This document shows positions 49,644 through 58,425 of a stretch of 64,000 nucleotides of DNA, one piece after another. The notes beneath the pieces are model-generated. The model was not told where the DNA came from. It made no database searches and worked only from the letters and a program-made list of their open reading frames with translations. Each line of letters opens with the position of its first letter. The first letter of the stretch is position 1. Position numbers and translations under genes: made by a program. The stretch covers positions 2,144,001 through 2,208,000 of the forward strand of contig CBDBZU010000004.1 of the NCBI GenBank assembly GCA_965213625.1, read 5' to 3'. The DNA is from a bacterium (GTDB taxonomy: Bacteria; UBA8248).

Positions 49644-50570
49644 ATGCATTTTATCTCCAAAATCAATCTTGTGGGCGCATTCGCCAAGGAGTGCTTTGAC
49701 GCACCGGATGAAGCAAAGGTCATCGGTGTGTTTCGCAGAAGTTTCTATATAGAAAATTCGTCTGGACGGCACGCATGTATCGGGGAACGGGGAATCGGGC
49801 CGGGACCCTTGAATGTGCTTTGTGAATTCTCGGACGACATAGATTTCACGCAAATCTTGAAACCGGGAAGCCCCACCGAAATCAGAGATACTTGGATGCA
49901 ACTCGGCCCCCGGATGAAAATCGATATATCCCATATGATGGTATGGAAGCCTGAGCCACTCCCGATTGGCTGGGATTTGGCGTTTTTTCTTGAAAATCTT
50001 CCGTTCCTCGTTCAATGGATAGCCGAAACGGGTCCTCGGGAGGGTTTGGCCCCGCTCATTGCGCACATAGTGGATGGTAAAGGAATCTCAAATGAGGACG
50101 CATTTCAAACGGTCTCCTGGAAGGGAATCTCGGATTTCCGGCATTGGCTGTCGCACTCGCAAAATCAAGGGGAAAATCTGGAATTTCCTGCCGATGCTCA
50201 TCAACTGGTTGGCCTTGGTCCGGGACTCACGCCATCTGGAGATGATTTCTGGTGTGGTGTGATGGTAGCGTTGCGAGCGCTGGGACAGCATGAAATTTCA
50301 GATAGAATTGCGAACACCATATTGAATCAGGCCAAAGATCGGACGAATAAAATCAGTTGCGCGCATCTGGAGTGCGCGGCAAAAGGCCTGGGAGCGCAGG
50401 CCCTGCATGAAACGATTTCGGCGATGGGGGTGGCGGATGAGGCGCGTCTGAGTTCCGCTCTGCACACACTGGACAAGATTGGACATACCTCGGGCTGGGA
50501 TTCTCTGGCCGGTGTTGTATGTGTTTTGAAAGCTGTGGCGAAATCGAAGAATCATCCGGTGTCCGTATGA
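49644..50570 (+). CDS. DUF2877 (YlbF/AllH-like) protein
   Basis: LVGLGPGLTPSGDD, RTNKIS and IGHTSGWD motifs. Confidence 0.85.
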   Translation: MHFISKINLVGAFAKECFDAPDEAKVIGVFRRSFYIENSSGRHACIGERGIGPGPLNVLCEFSDDIDFTQILKPGSPTEIRDTWMQLGPRMKIDISHMMVWKPEPLPIGWDLAFFLENLPFLVQWIAETGPREGLAPLIAHIVDGKGISNEDAFQTVSWKGISDFRHWLSHSQNQGENLEFPADAHQLVGLGPGLTPSGDDFWCGVMVALRALGQHEISDRIANTILNQAKDRTNKISCAHLECAAKGLGAQALHETISAMGVADEARLSSALHTLDKIGHTSGWDSLAGVVCVLKAVAKSKNHPVSV

Positions 50571-50589
50571 ACTTCCTGGAGTGTCATTC

Positions 50590-51486
50590 ATGAGCAAAGT
50601 AGCGATTTTGGGGGTCGGCGCCATTGGCGGTGTGTTCGGGGTCCGGTTGTGCCAAGCGGGCAGGCACCACGTTACGCTGTGCGTACGAAAGCCCATCGAC
50701 AAACTCGTTGTGGAAACTCCAGATTCCGTCGTCGAATCGCCGGTGAAGTGCGTCACCTCTCCTGCGGAGGCAGAGCCTGTCGACTGTGTTCTCTTGGCGG
50801 TGAAAGGGCATCAGATACAAGATGTTACACATTGGTTGGAAGTTCTTGTGGGTGAAGATACCGTCATCGCCGTTTTACAGAACGGCGTGGAGCACAGAGA
50901 GCGAGTAGAGCCGTATGCCCGAGGGGCGGAGGTAGTTCCGGTTGTGGTGAATTGTCCGGCGGACCGGCTGGCTCCGGGCCATGTGGCGCAGCAGGGAGGC
51001 GCCCAGCTCGTTCCCGAAGCGGGTCGGGGCGCGCAATTTCTCGCGGCGCTGTATGAGGGCACGGACGTTCCCGTGAAGCCGACTTCCGACTTCACGACGG
51101 CCTCCTGGGCGAAATTGTGCAACAACATCGGCGCAGGCCCCGCCACTGCGCTGACGAACAAGGGCAGGGGCGTGCTGCGCGAGCCCGGCGTCGCTGAACT
51201 CTGCCGCGGGCTCGTGCGTGAATGCGCCGCCGTAGGGAGAGCCGAGGGCGCGAACCTGGCCGAAGACGTCGCCGAGCGGACCATCGAGCGCTTACGTGAT
51301 GCCGACCCAGAAGCCACCACCTCCATGCTGGTCGACAGGCGCGCCGGGCGTCCAATCGAGGCGGACGTCATGACGGGGGCGGTCGTTCGCATCGGCGCGA
51401 GGCATGGCATACCCACCCCGCTGAACGCCGCGGCGCATGCGCTGCTGAGTTCCGTCAATGCGCCGATTGTGGATATTACTACTTAA
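50590..51486 (+). CDS. panE: 2-dehydropantoate 2-reductase family protein
   Basis: GVGAIG, LAVK, LQNG, WAKL..N, TSMLVD..AGRPIE and IPTPLN motifs. Confidence 0.88.
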   Translation: MSKVAILGVGAIGGVFGVRLCQAGRHHVTLCVRKPIDKLVVETPDSVVESPVKCVTSPAEAEPVDCVLLAVKGHQIQDVTHWLEVLVGEDTVIAVLQNGVEHRERVEPYARGAEVVPVVVNCPADRLAPGHVAQQGGAQLVPEAGRGAQFLAALYEGTDVPVKPTSDFTTASWAKLCNNIGAGPATALTNKGRGVLREPGVAELCRGLVRECAAVGRAEGANLAEDVAERTIERLRDADPEATTSMLVDRRAGRPIEADVMTGAVVRIGARHGIPTPLNAAAHALLSSVNAPIVDITT

Positions 51487-51604
51487 ATATCAATCATTTA
51501 TGACCCATCTCAAAGCGCCGCGCGATGTCTGTTTCGTTGAGAAAACCATCGATATTCGCAAGTGCGCATTCCGGCGAAACGCGCGCCCGGGAGGATAACG
51601 CCCC

Positions 51605-51847
51605 CGCAATTCCCCGCATTTGCCGTCATCGAGTGGCTCGCCGGTTATGGCAGAATTCCCCTGCGTCGCGATTCCGCGGCGTCAAATCCCAGGCATTTAA
51701 TTTACAGATATTTATCGATAAACCCCGTGAATTTATCGATATTTATCGAATTTTTCGGGAATTCATTATTTTCGAACACACCGACTCGCCTCGCCATCAT
51801 ACACGTGTGCGTCTTGAGTAGCGCGACGGCAAATGCGGGGAAATGCG
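51605..51847. repeat. 243-bp element bounded by 23-bp inverted repeats
   Basis: CGCAATTCCCCGCATTTGCCGTC and GACGGCAAATGCGGGGAAATGCG (one mismatch); AT-rich core with repeated ATTTATCGA. Confidence 0.7.
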
Positions 51848-52077
51848 AGACATACCCGGCGTGAGCGTTGAAGTTCATATAAACCCGATAACCGCAAATG
51901 CGCGCCCGTCGCGATGTGCCGAGGACCAGGAATATGTCAATCTCGATGGAGGAGGGCTGTTGAGTTGGTCCTGGTTTCATGATTCGGGATATGTAGCCGA
52001 CCGGGGATGGAGGAACTGCATTCCTGAGCCCGGCGGAGAGATGCGCCTTTTGACCCTCCCTCATCGGTCGGGTCAAA

Positions 52078-52116
52078 CCTTCGATGCGCCGCTTACACGC
52101 CTACTCAGGATGAGGT
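52078..52116. repeat. Half copy of the CCTTCGATAC..TACTCAGGATGAG palindromic repeat
   Basis: CCTTCGATGCGCCGCTTACACGCCTACTCAGGATGAGG resembles the interior arm of the elements at 30307 and 55761. Confidence 0.6.
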
Positions 52117-52439
52117 CGATTCCGACCGAAGAGGAAGGAATCGAGCAGTGGCCATACAAGACGAGGGTATGACACGGACGATGAGGTCAGTTCCAACCGG
52201 GAAAGGAGTCAGTTCCAACAGAATAGGGAGGAACTGCTTTACAGAGCCTGGAACCGGGGGTGTTGACATACAAGAGGGCTACGGGAACGCCGATTCTGCA
52301 CCGACACAGACAGTATGAAAACGGGCGGAAACACATATCCACAGAATCTGATCGATTCTTAACTTGGTAACCTGCCCGGCAACCAGATCGTCAACGTGCT
52401 GCGACAAGCCGTATTGCAGCACCCAATAAATTGATTTGC

Positions 52440-52468
52440 TTGACTTGTCCGGCCCTATGGCTCATATT
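52440..52468 (+). promoter_or_regulatory. Sigma70-like promoter for the helicase, implying a long 5' UTR
   Basis: TTGACT-N17-CATATT about 175 nt upstream of the start codon. Confidence 0.5.
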
Positions 52469-52643
52469 CCTGCCGCAGATTGTCTCGCGATTGCGCGAAG
52501 CGCCGCCCATGGGCGGCACCATGTCCCGGGAACAATAATCCAAAAATCTACTCCTGCTGGCCGCGCCCGGTAAGGGCGACTCGCCAGGCATCGGCAGCGT
52601 CTATGACGTTTGCCGCGCCATATGGCGCATTTAGGATACTAAA

Positions 52644-53999
52644 GTGGCTATTCGTAAATTCTCAGAACTCGGTTTGGCCGATCCGATACAGCGTGCGTTG
52701 ACTGGCAGAAACCACGTAACCCCAACGCCAATCCAGGCGCGCGCCATCCCGGAGCTTCTCGCCGGTCGTGACATGCTGGGTATTGCCCAGACAGGCACCG
52801 GCAAAACCGCGGCTTTTGCGCTGCCCATTCTTCAGCGTTTGTCGCGGCCACATGGCGACGAGAGCGTCACTCGTAAAAAGCGCAACAATTTCAAAAACCG
52901 CAGTCACAACGGCGCCAACAAGGCTGCCCGCAGACCGCGCGCCCTGGTCCTGGCGCCGACCCGCGAGCTTGCTATCCAAATCGGTGAGGAATTCCGCGCC
53001 TACGGCAAAAACCTCGCGCTGCGTCAGACCGTGATCTTCGGTGGTGTCAGCCAGAAGCCGCAGGTCTCTGCGCTGGTTCGTGGGCTCGACATTCTGATTG
53101 CGACGCCCGGGCGGCTGCTCGATCTCATGGAGCAGCGTCATATCCGGCTCGATGCGATCGAATTCCTGGTACTCGATGAAGCCGACCGGATGCTCGATAT
53201 GGGTTTTGTGCACGATGTCCGCAAGATCATGGCGGCGATACCCAGGTCACGCCAGTCGTTGCTTTTTGCCGCAACCATGCCCAGCGAAATTTTCCGGCTG
53301 TCGGCCGAGATCCTGACCGATCCGGTGCGAGTGGAGGTGACGCCCCAGGCGACGCCTATCGATCGTATCGATCAGAGTATTTATCACGTCACCACCGCCG
53401 GAAAGCGGGTTTTGCTTGACACCATCCTCAAGGATCCCGCCATGTCGCGAGTGATTGTCTTTACGCGCACCAAGCACCATGCCAATCGTGTCGCAGAACG
53501 GCTCGGCAAGAGCGGCGTCGTAGCCGAGGCGATCCACGGCAACAAATCACAGGGCTCCCGCCAGCGCGCCCTCAAGCGTTTCCGCGACGGTCAGGCGCGG
53601 GTCCTGGTGGCGACCGATATCGCGGCCCGCGGCATCGATGTGGATTCCGTCAGCCATGTCATCAATTACGAACTCCCCAATGAGCCGGAAAATTATGTCC
53701 ACCGAATCGGGCGGACAGCGCGGGCCGGTGCGTGCGGTGCGGCGATTGCCTTTTGCGATCCGAGCGAGCGGGCTTATTTGAGCGATATCGAAAAACTGAT
53801 CGAGAGCCGGCTGACGGTGATTGGTGACGAACCCGCTCCGGTCGATCCCAAGCCGGCCCCACCGGATCAGCGCGGCAGGCGCAGACCTAAAGGCAGAACC
53901 CGGAAGCCCCGTAGCAGACTTGCACTCAAGACCGGCCGGCCCGGTAGAAACCGTCATCGCAATCGATATGCGAGAGGCGGAGAAAAGCCGGCGGCCTGA
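52644..53999 (+). CDS. rhlE: DEAD-box RNA helicase (RhlE-like)
   Basis: PTPIQ, AQTGTGKT, PTRELA, DEADRMLDMGF, ARGID and HRIGRTARAG; basic C-terminal tail. Confidence 0.9.
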   Translation: MAIRKFSELGLADPIQRALTGRNHVTPTPIQARAIPELLAGRDMLGIAQTGTGKTAAFALPILQRLSRPHGDESVTRKKRNNFKNRSHNGANKAARRPRALVLAPTRELAIQIGEEFRAYGKNLALRQTVIFGGVSQKPQVSALVRGLDILIATPGRLLDLMEQRHIRLDAIEFLVLDEADRMLDMGFVHDVRKIMAAIPRSRQSLLFAATMPSEIFRLSAEILTDPVRVEVTPQATPIDRIDQSIYHVTTAGKRVLLDTILKDPAMSRVIVFTRTKHHANRVAERLGKSGVVAEAIHGNKSQGSRQRALKRFRDGQARVLVATDIAARGIDVDSVSHVINYELPNEPENYVHRIGRTARAGACGAAIAFCDPSERAYLSDIEKLIESRLTVIGDEPAPVDPKPAPPDQRGRRRPKGRTRKPRSRLALKTGRPGRNRHRNRYARGGEKPAA

Positions 54000-54585
54000 A
54001 GCGGCATCGTCATCCCCAATACCGGCCGGCGTTTCTTACTGTGCGGCGGGCCGATGTGACGTATGTTCCGGCGGCTATCTTCCAGCGGAAAAAATTACAA
54101 CTCTACTTTTCTCGCCGAACATTGCCGTGCGCGTTGTCGGGACGCGCGAAAACGGGGACTGCGCCGTAGGCGAGAACCGGGCGCCGCCAAGAGGAATGGA
54201 TTGGTGGTTCCTGAACCTGAGTTGCGGGGCACTGGAACATTACCGCAAACAAGCCATGAAACCGGACCGTTTTCGTCAGCCGTAATATTTACCTGACTCA
54301 TTGATTATATTTCTGCATGTCTATTCTTCCGGGCCGATTGCATATCGATCTCACATAATTCGTCTCTTCATTCGTGATACGTCAATCGCTCCTCCTCGGT
54401 CGCGATTGTTCACCGGCGTCTCGAACCGTGCAGGAGGATGCCGCTCTTGGGCTTTTCGCCATTTGCGGATTCTTTGAGGCTCGCCTCGAGACTCATCTCG
54501 TAGGCAGGGCCGAGTCGCCTGGCGACCGCAGGGGCATTTTTCGTCGAAATGCACCTCTCTTTAAGCCTGTCGAGATGGCGGATGA

Positions 54586-54921
54586 ACGGACTGCGTCCGC
54601 CCTCTCTTAGCCGCCTGCATCGTCTGTGAGGACCTCGCCTGCATGAAGGCCTGCCCGAGCGGCGCCCTCTCCTTGGTGTCCCGCGAGGAGATCCGTATCG
54701 GGCTCGCGCAGGTGAGTCCCGACCGCTGCCTCGCGTGGAGCGGTACGGATCCGGGCTGCGATTACTGCGTGGACCGGTGCCCGCTCGGGTCAGATGCCAT
54801 CCGGTTCGAGCGCGCCGGAGGAGTGCGCGGCCCCGTGGTCGAGAAAGGGTGCGTCGGGTGCGGCGTATGCGAGTATTTCTGCCCGGCGCAGCCCTCCGCC
54901 ATCCGGGTGTACGGCCCCTGA
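54586..54921 (+). pseudogene. 5'-truncated NapG/MauM-type polyferredoxin
   Basis: Frame reads CVRPLLAACIVCEDLACMKACPSGAL...CDYCVDRCP...CVGCGVCEYFCP; in-frame TGA at 54583; N-terminal part missing. Confidence 0.7.
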
Positions 54922-55206
54922 ATCCCGCCGGATGCGGAAAACCGCCTCTTCCCGCGCTCCCGTCAAGCCATCTTGTATCGGGGGGAGGGTAGAAACGATG
55001 TCCCCCCGAAGTGACTTATTCAACAAACCCTTATGATGGCGCTCGACTCCCGCCCCCGGCGCGCAGCGTCATCGGTGAAATTCAGGCGCAAGGCAGGTGA
55101 AGTCGTGCTACTATCGTCCCGGCATCCTGGCGCGGGTCCGGGAGATTCTCCCCGGCGTCAGGTTCGCCTCCCCAAATCCTTTTCTCATCAGGCATGGAGC
55201 GCGCAT

Positions 55207-55674
55207 ATGAGCATCGAAAAGAGGCTGGAAGAACTCGGCATCGAACTTCCCGAAGTCCCGCCCGCCGTGGCGAACTACATCCCCGGCGTGGCGGTGGGCG
55301 AGGTGCTTTTCCTCGCGGGCACCATCGGCCAGTACAACGGAGAGATCCCCGTTCAGGGGAAGCTCGGCGGCGGGGTCACCGTCGAGCAGGGCTACCAGTC
55401 GGCGCGACTGTGCGGCTTGAACCACTTCGCCATGGCGAAACATTGCCTGGATGGCGATCTCGACCGCATCGTCCGGGCCGTGCGTCTCGAAGGCTACGTG
55501 AACAGCGCGCCCGGCTTTACGGAAGCGCCCTGGGTGGTGAACGGGGAGAGCGACCTCCTCGTCGAGGTGCTCGGCGAGGAGCGGGGGAAGCACGCGCGCG
55601 CGGCCTTGAACATCAACGAACTCACTTACGACGCGCCGGTGGAGACCATTCTCACACTGCAGATTCGTCCCTAG
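55207..55674 (+). CDS. RidA/YjgF family protein
   Basis: IEKRLEELGIELP, ANYIP, GKLGG.VTVEQG, V.NG.SDLL and GKHARAA motifs. Confidence 0.9.
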   Translation: MSIEKRLEELGIELPEVPPAVANYIPGVAVGEVLFLAGTIGQYNGEIPVQGKLGGGVTVEQGYQSARLCGLNHFAMAKHCLDGDLDRIVRAVRLEGYVNSAPGFTEAPWVVNGESDLLVEVLGEERGKHARAALNINELTYDAPVETILTLQIRP

Positions 55675-55700
55675 CTGTCCAGGGGTTGTTGAAAAAGCCC
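55582..55700 (+). repeat. Direct repeat copy 1 (RidA 3' end plus MITE terminus)
   Basis: Near-identical to 57930-58051. Confidence 0.85.
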
Positions 55701-56146
55701 TCTCCGCCTCATCCTGAGGATGTCGAAGAGACGCTTCTTCGATACAAACGCTCCTTTGTCGGGGCTGTTGAAAAAGTCCTTTCCGCCTCATCCTGAGTAG
55801 CGGCGAAGCCGCGTATCGAAGGATGCCCTCTCGCCCCGGTGCGAGGCGTTCGACTCCCCTCGCCCTTCGATACGCCGCCTACGGCGGCTACTCAGGGTGA
55901 GGTCATTTCGGTAGCCAAAAATGACGAGGGGTACGCGCTCGCTACCAGAACCGGCTTTTTCAATACCTCCCTCAAGGGGGGAGTGGTTTATCCTCTCACA
56001 TCGCTCGATTACATATATCGAATGAGGAAATTAGGGTTTTTCAACAGCCCCTTGTCAGTCGCGTTTTACCTGCGGCGGCTACTCAGTTTGAGGAAAGAGG
56101 CGTTGGCGGTTTGCGTAGGTCGCAGACGGGGTTTTTCAACAATCTC
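55682..56146. mobile_element. Outer MITE-like element between two convergent stop codons
   Basis: GGGGTTGTTGAAAAAGCCC ... GGGTTTTTCAACAATCTC; interrupted by an inner copy. Confidence 0.7.
55761..56051. mobile_element. Inner nested MITE with perfect 15-bp TIRs and 5-bp target-site duplication
   Basis: TTGTC|GGGGCTGTTGAAAAA ... TTTTTCAACAGCCCC|TTGTC. Confidence 0.85.
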
Positions 56147-57784
56147 CTAAGCTTCCGTCTTTGGCGATCCCAGTTCCGTGAGGCATGTGCTGACGATCAC
56201 GGCGCTGGTCGTGGCTTCCGCCGTGATGACCCTCGTGGCGCCGGCCGCCTTCAGTGAGTCCTCGTCTATATCGTAGAGGGCGCGCGCAATGACGGGAGTG
56301 TCGGGAGCCGTCCGGCGAATTGCGCGAACCGCAAGTTCCGTGGCTCGCGTGTCGTTAATGGTCACCACCACCAGACGGGCGTTCCTGCTACCAAGCTCCT
56401 CCAGCACTTCCCTCTGCGTGACGTCTCCATAAACAGCCAGTTCTCCTGCCGCTTTTGCGGCGCGAACGTTATCGACGTTCACGTCGACCGCGATGCAAGC
56501 GAATCCCGCAGTGCGAGCGGCCAGACATATATCCCGGCCTGTTCGGCCGTAGCCGGCAACGATGACGTGGTCGCTGTGCGGCTCGTGGGCATCGAATCCG
56601 GGAGGCTCGGCTCCCAGTATCCGGTTCAGCCATGGGACGCGGTCCGCGCCGAGAGCCAGGTGAGGGCCGAATGCGATGACCATCGGTGTGACCAGCATGG
56701 ACAGGATGATCGCCACGAGGAGATTGTGGGACAACTCGTCTCCAAGGAGACCGGTTCCCGAAACTGCATTAAGTAGTACGAACGAGAACTCGCCGATCTG
56801 GCACAATGTAGCCGCCGACAGAATAGCCACGCGAAGCGGCAATCTCAGGATCAACCCCATTGCGAATATAATCGCGAATTTGCCGACGAGGATGAGGCCG
56901 AGAAGCCCGAGAATCGGCGCAAAATGCTCGAACACGTCCGAAACGTCCAGCAGCATGCCCACGGAAACGAAAAAAACGCTGGCGAAAACTTCTCGCACGG
57001 GAATCAGATCTGACATCGCCTGGTGCCGAAACTCGCTTCCGGCGACGATCAGGCCGGCCAGGAATGCCCCGAGCGCGAGCGAGATTCCCGCCAGCGACAA
57101 GGCCCAGGCGATCCCGAAGCATCCGAGAAATACGGTCAGTACGAAGAGGTCCCTCTCCCTCGTCTTGGCAACGAACGCGAGCAGATACGGGACGACGCGG
57201 CTGGCTGCCACCAGCACGCCCGTGAGGATGAGAATACCGATGATGGCCGCGACTGCGATTTCCCGTGTGGAACTCTGTTGTCCGGCCAGGATGGGCGCCA
57301 CCAGGAGCATGGGAACCACGCACAGGTCCTGGAAGACGAGAATGCCGACCGCCAGTCGGCCGTGCGGCGAATCCAGTTCCCCCCGTGTGGACAGGCCCCG
57401 CAAAACGACGGCTGTGCTGGATACGGCGACGACGCAACCGAGAAATACGGCGGACCTCGTTTCGAGTCCGTACCAGACGGCCACGGCGGCGGCGCATGCG
57501 ACCGTAGCCGCCACCTGAATGCTCCCGCCCAAGAGGATGGCTTTCCATAGGCGTCGCAGGTGGCCGAGCGAGAGTTCGAGGCCGATCCCAAACAGAAGGA
57601 GGACGATGCCGATCTCGGCCAGCACCTCGACCTGATGGGAGTCGTCCACGAGGCGCAATGCCGTCGGCCCGACAAGGACGCCTGCGAGGATAAATCCGGC
57701 GATAGACGGAACGCCCACGCGGCGCAGCACCGTTGCGACCACGACCGCCGACCCGAGTACGATTACCAGATCCCAGAGATACAC
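56147..57784 (-). CDS. CPA2 cation:proton antiporter with TrkA-N domain (Kef/YbaL-like)
   Basis: LAEIGIVLLLFGIGLE, SSTAVV, FQDL, LGAFLAG, QIGEFSF and VAGYGRTG motifs. Confidence 0.92.
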   Translation of the reverse strand: MYLWDLVIVLGSAVVVATVLRRVGVPSIAGFILAGVLVGPTALRLVDDSHQVEVLAEIGIVLLLFGIGLELSLGHLRRLWKAILLGGSIQVAATVACAAAVAVWYGLETRSAVFLGCVVAVSSTAVVLRGLSTRGELDSPHGRLAVGILVFQDLCVVPMLLVAPILAGQQSSTREIAVAAIIGILILTGVLVAASRVVPYLLAFVAKTRERDLFVLTVFLGCFGIAWALSLAGISLALGAFLAGLIVAGSEFRHQAMSDLIPVREVFASVFFVSVGMLLDVSDVFEHFAPILGLLGLILVGKFAIIFAMGLILRLPLRVAILSAATLCQIGEFSFVLLNAVSGTGLLGDELSHNLLVAIILSMLVTPMVIAFGPHLALGADRVPWLNRILGAEPPGFDAHEPHSDHVIVAGYGRTGRDICLAARTAGFACIAVDVNVDNVRAAKAAGELAVYGDVTQREVLEELGSRNARLVVVTINDTRATELAVRAIRRTAPDTPVIARALYDIDEDSLKAAGATRVITAEATTSAVIVSTCLTELGSPKTEA

Positions 57785-57929
57785 GATTTCAGGCAAGCGC
57801 TTTCGCCTCCAGGGTGCGTCGGTGTGTGCCGGGAGGAGGTCGCTGTCCGGGCGCCGACGGCGATTCCAGCCGGCTGGAAATGTCGAAGCCCATCTTATCA
57901 CATCCGCAAACGACCGGCTCCGAAAGATC

Positions 57930-58051
57930 GTGCTCGGGGGAAGCACGCGCGCGGCCTTGAACATCAACGAACTCACCTACGACGCGCCGGTGGGGACCAT
58001 TCTCACTCTGCAGATTCGTCCCTGGCCGTCCAGGGGTTGTTGAAATAGTCC
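57930..58051 (+). repeat. Direct repeat copy 2 (degenerate RidA 3' fragment plus MITE terminus)
   Basis: Matches 55567-55700 with small deletions; stop TAG changed to TGG. Confidence 0.85.
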
Positions 58052-58367
58052 TGATTTCGTGATTGGGCATATGTAAGAAGCCGACCAAGGAAGGGGGCTG
58101 TAACGGACAGGCCCCTGTGCCTGCCCGAGGTCGCGACCTTGGGCTGTTCACAAAAACGGCCCACTACAAGGCGGTGCGGTTTTGCCCGTCATTCCGGCGA
58201 AAGCCGGAATCCATTTTACGCCTTTTGCCTTTGGTAAGGGTTCCCGCGCATCGGCGGGGAATGAAACGCCGCCTTTCATACACCCACATCCGCAAATGGA
58301 TTCCGGCTTTCGCCGGAATGACAGCAGTGCCCAATTCCGAGCGGGGAGGACTTTTTCAGCACCCCCT
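58032..58367. mobile_element. MITE-like element carrying a GTCATTCCGGCGAAAGCCGGAATCC inverted pair
   Basis: AGGGGTTGTTGAAATAGTCC ... GGACTTTTTCAGCACCCCCT; inner palindromes at 58188 and 58298. Confidence 0.75.
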
Positions 58368-58425
58368 CTTGGTTCTGGCTTGAAGCACTTGTTCGGTGTC
58401 TGCTTTCAGAACGCCTGCACGCCGC

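Noticed and set aside
52100-52300. CRISPR array
   Set aside because: Repeats are degenerate and irregularly spaced, with no constant repeat/spacer lengths and no cas genes in the window
54196-54554. Short ORFs MDWWFLNL... (+) and MHFDEKCPCG... (-)
   Set aside because: No recognisable family; CPCG alone does not make a SEC-C motif
57785-57976. N-terminal extension of the CPA2 antiporter
   Set aside because: It reads through the duplicated RidA fragment; homology to the family begins at about 57784
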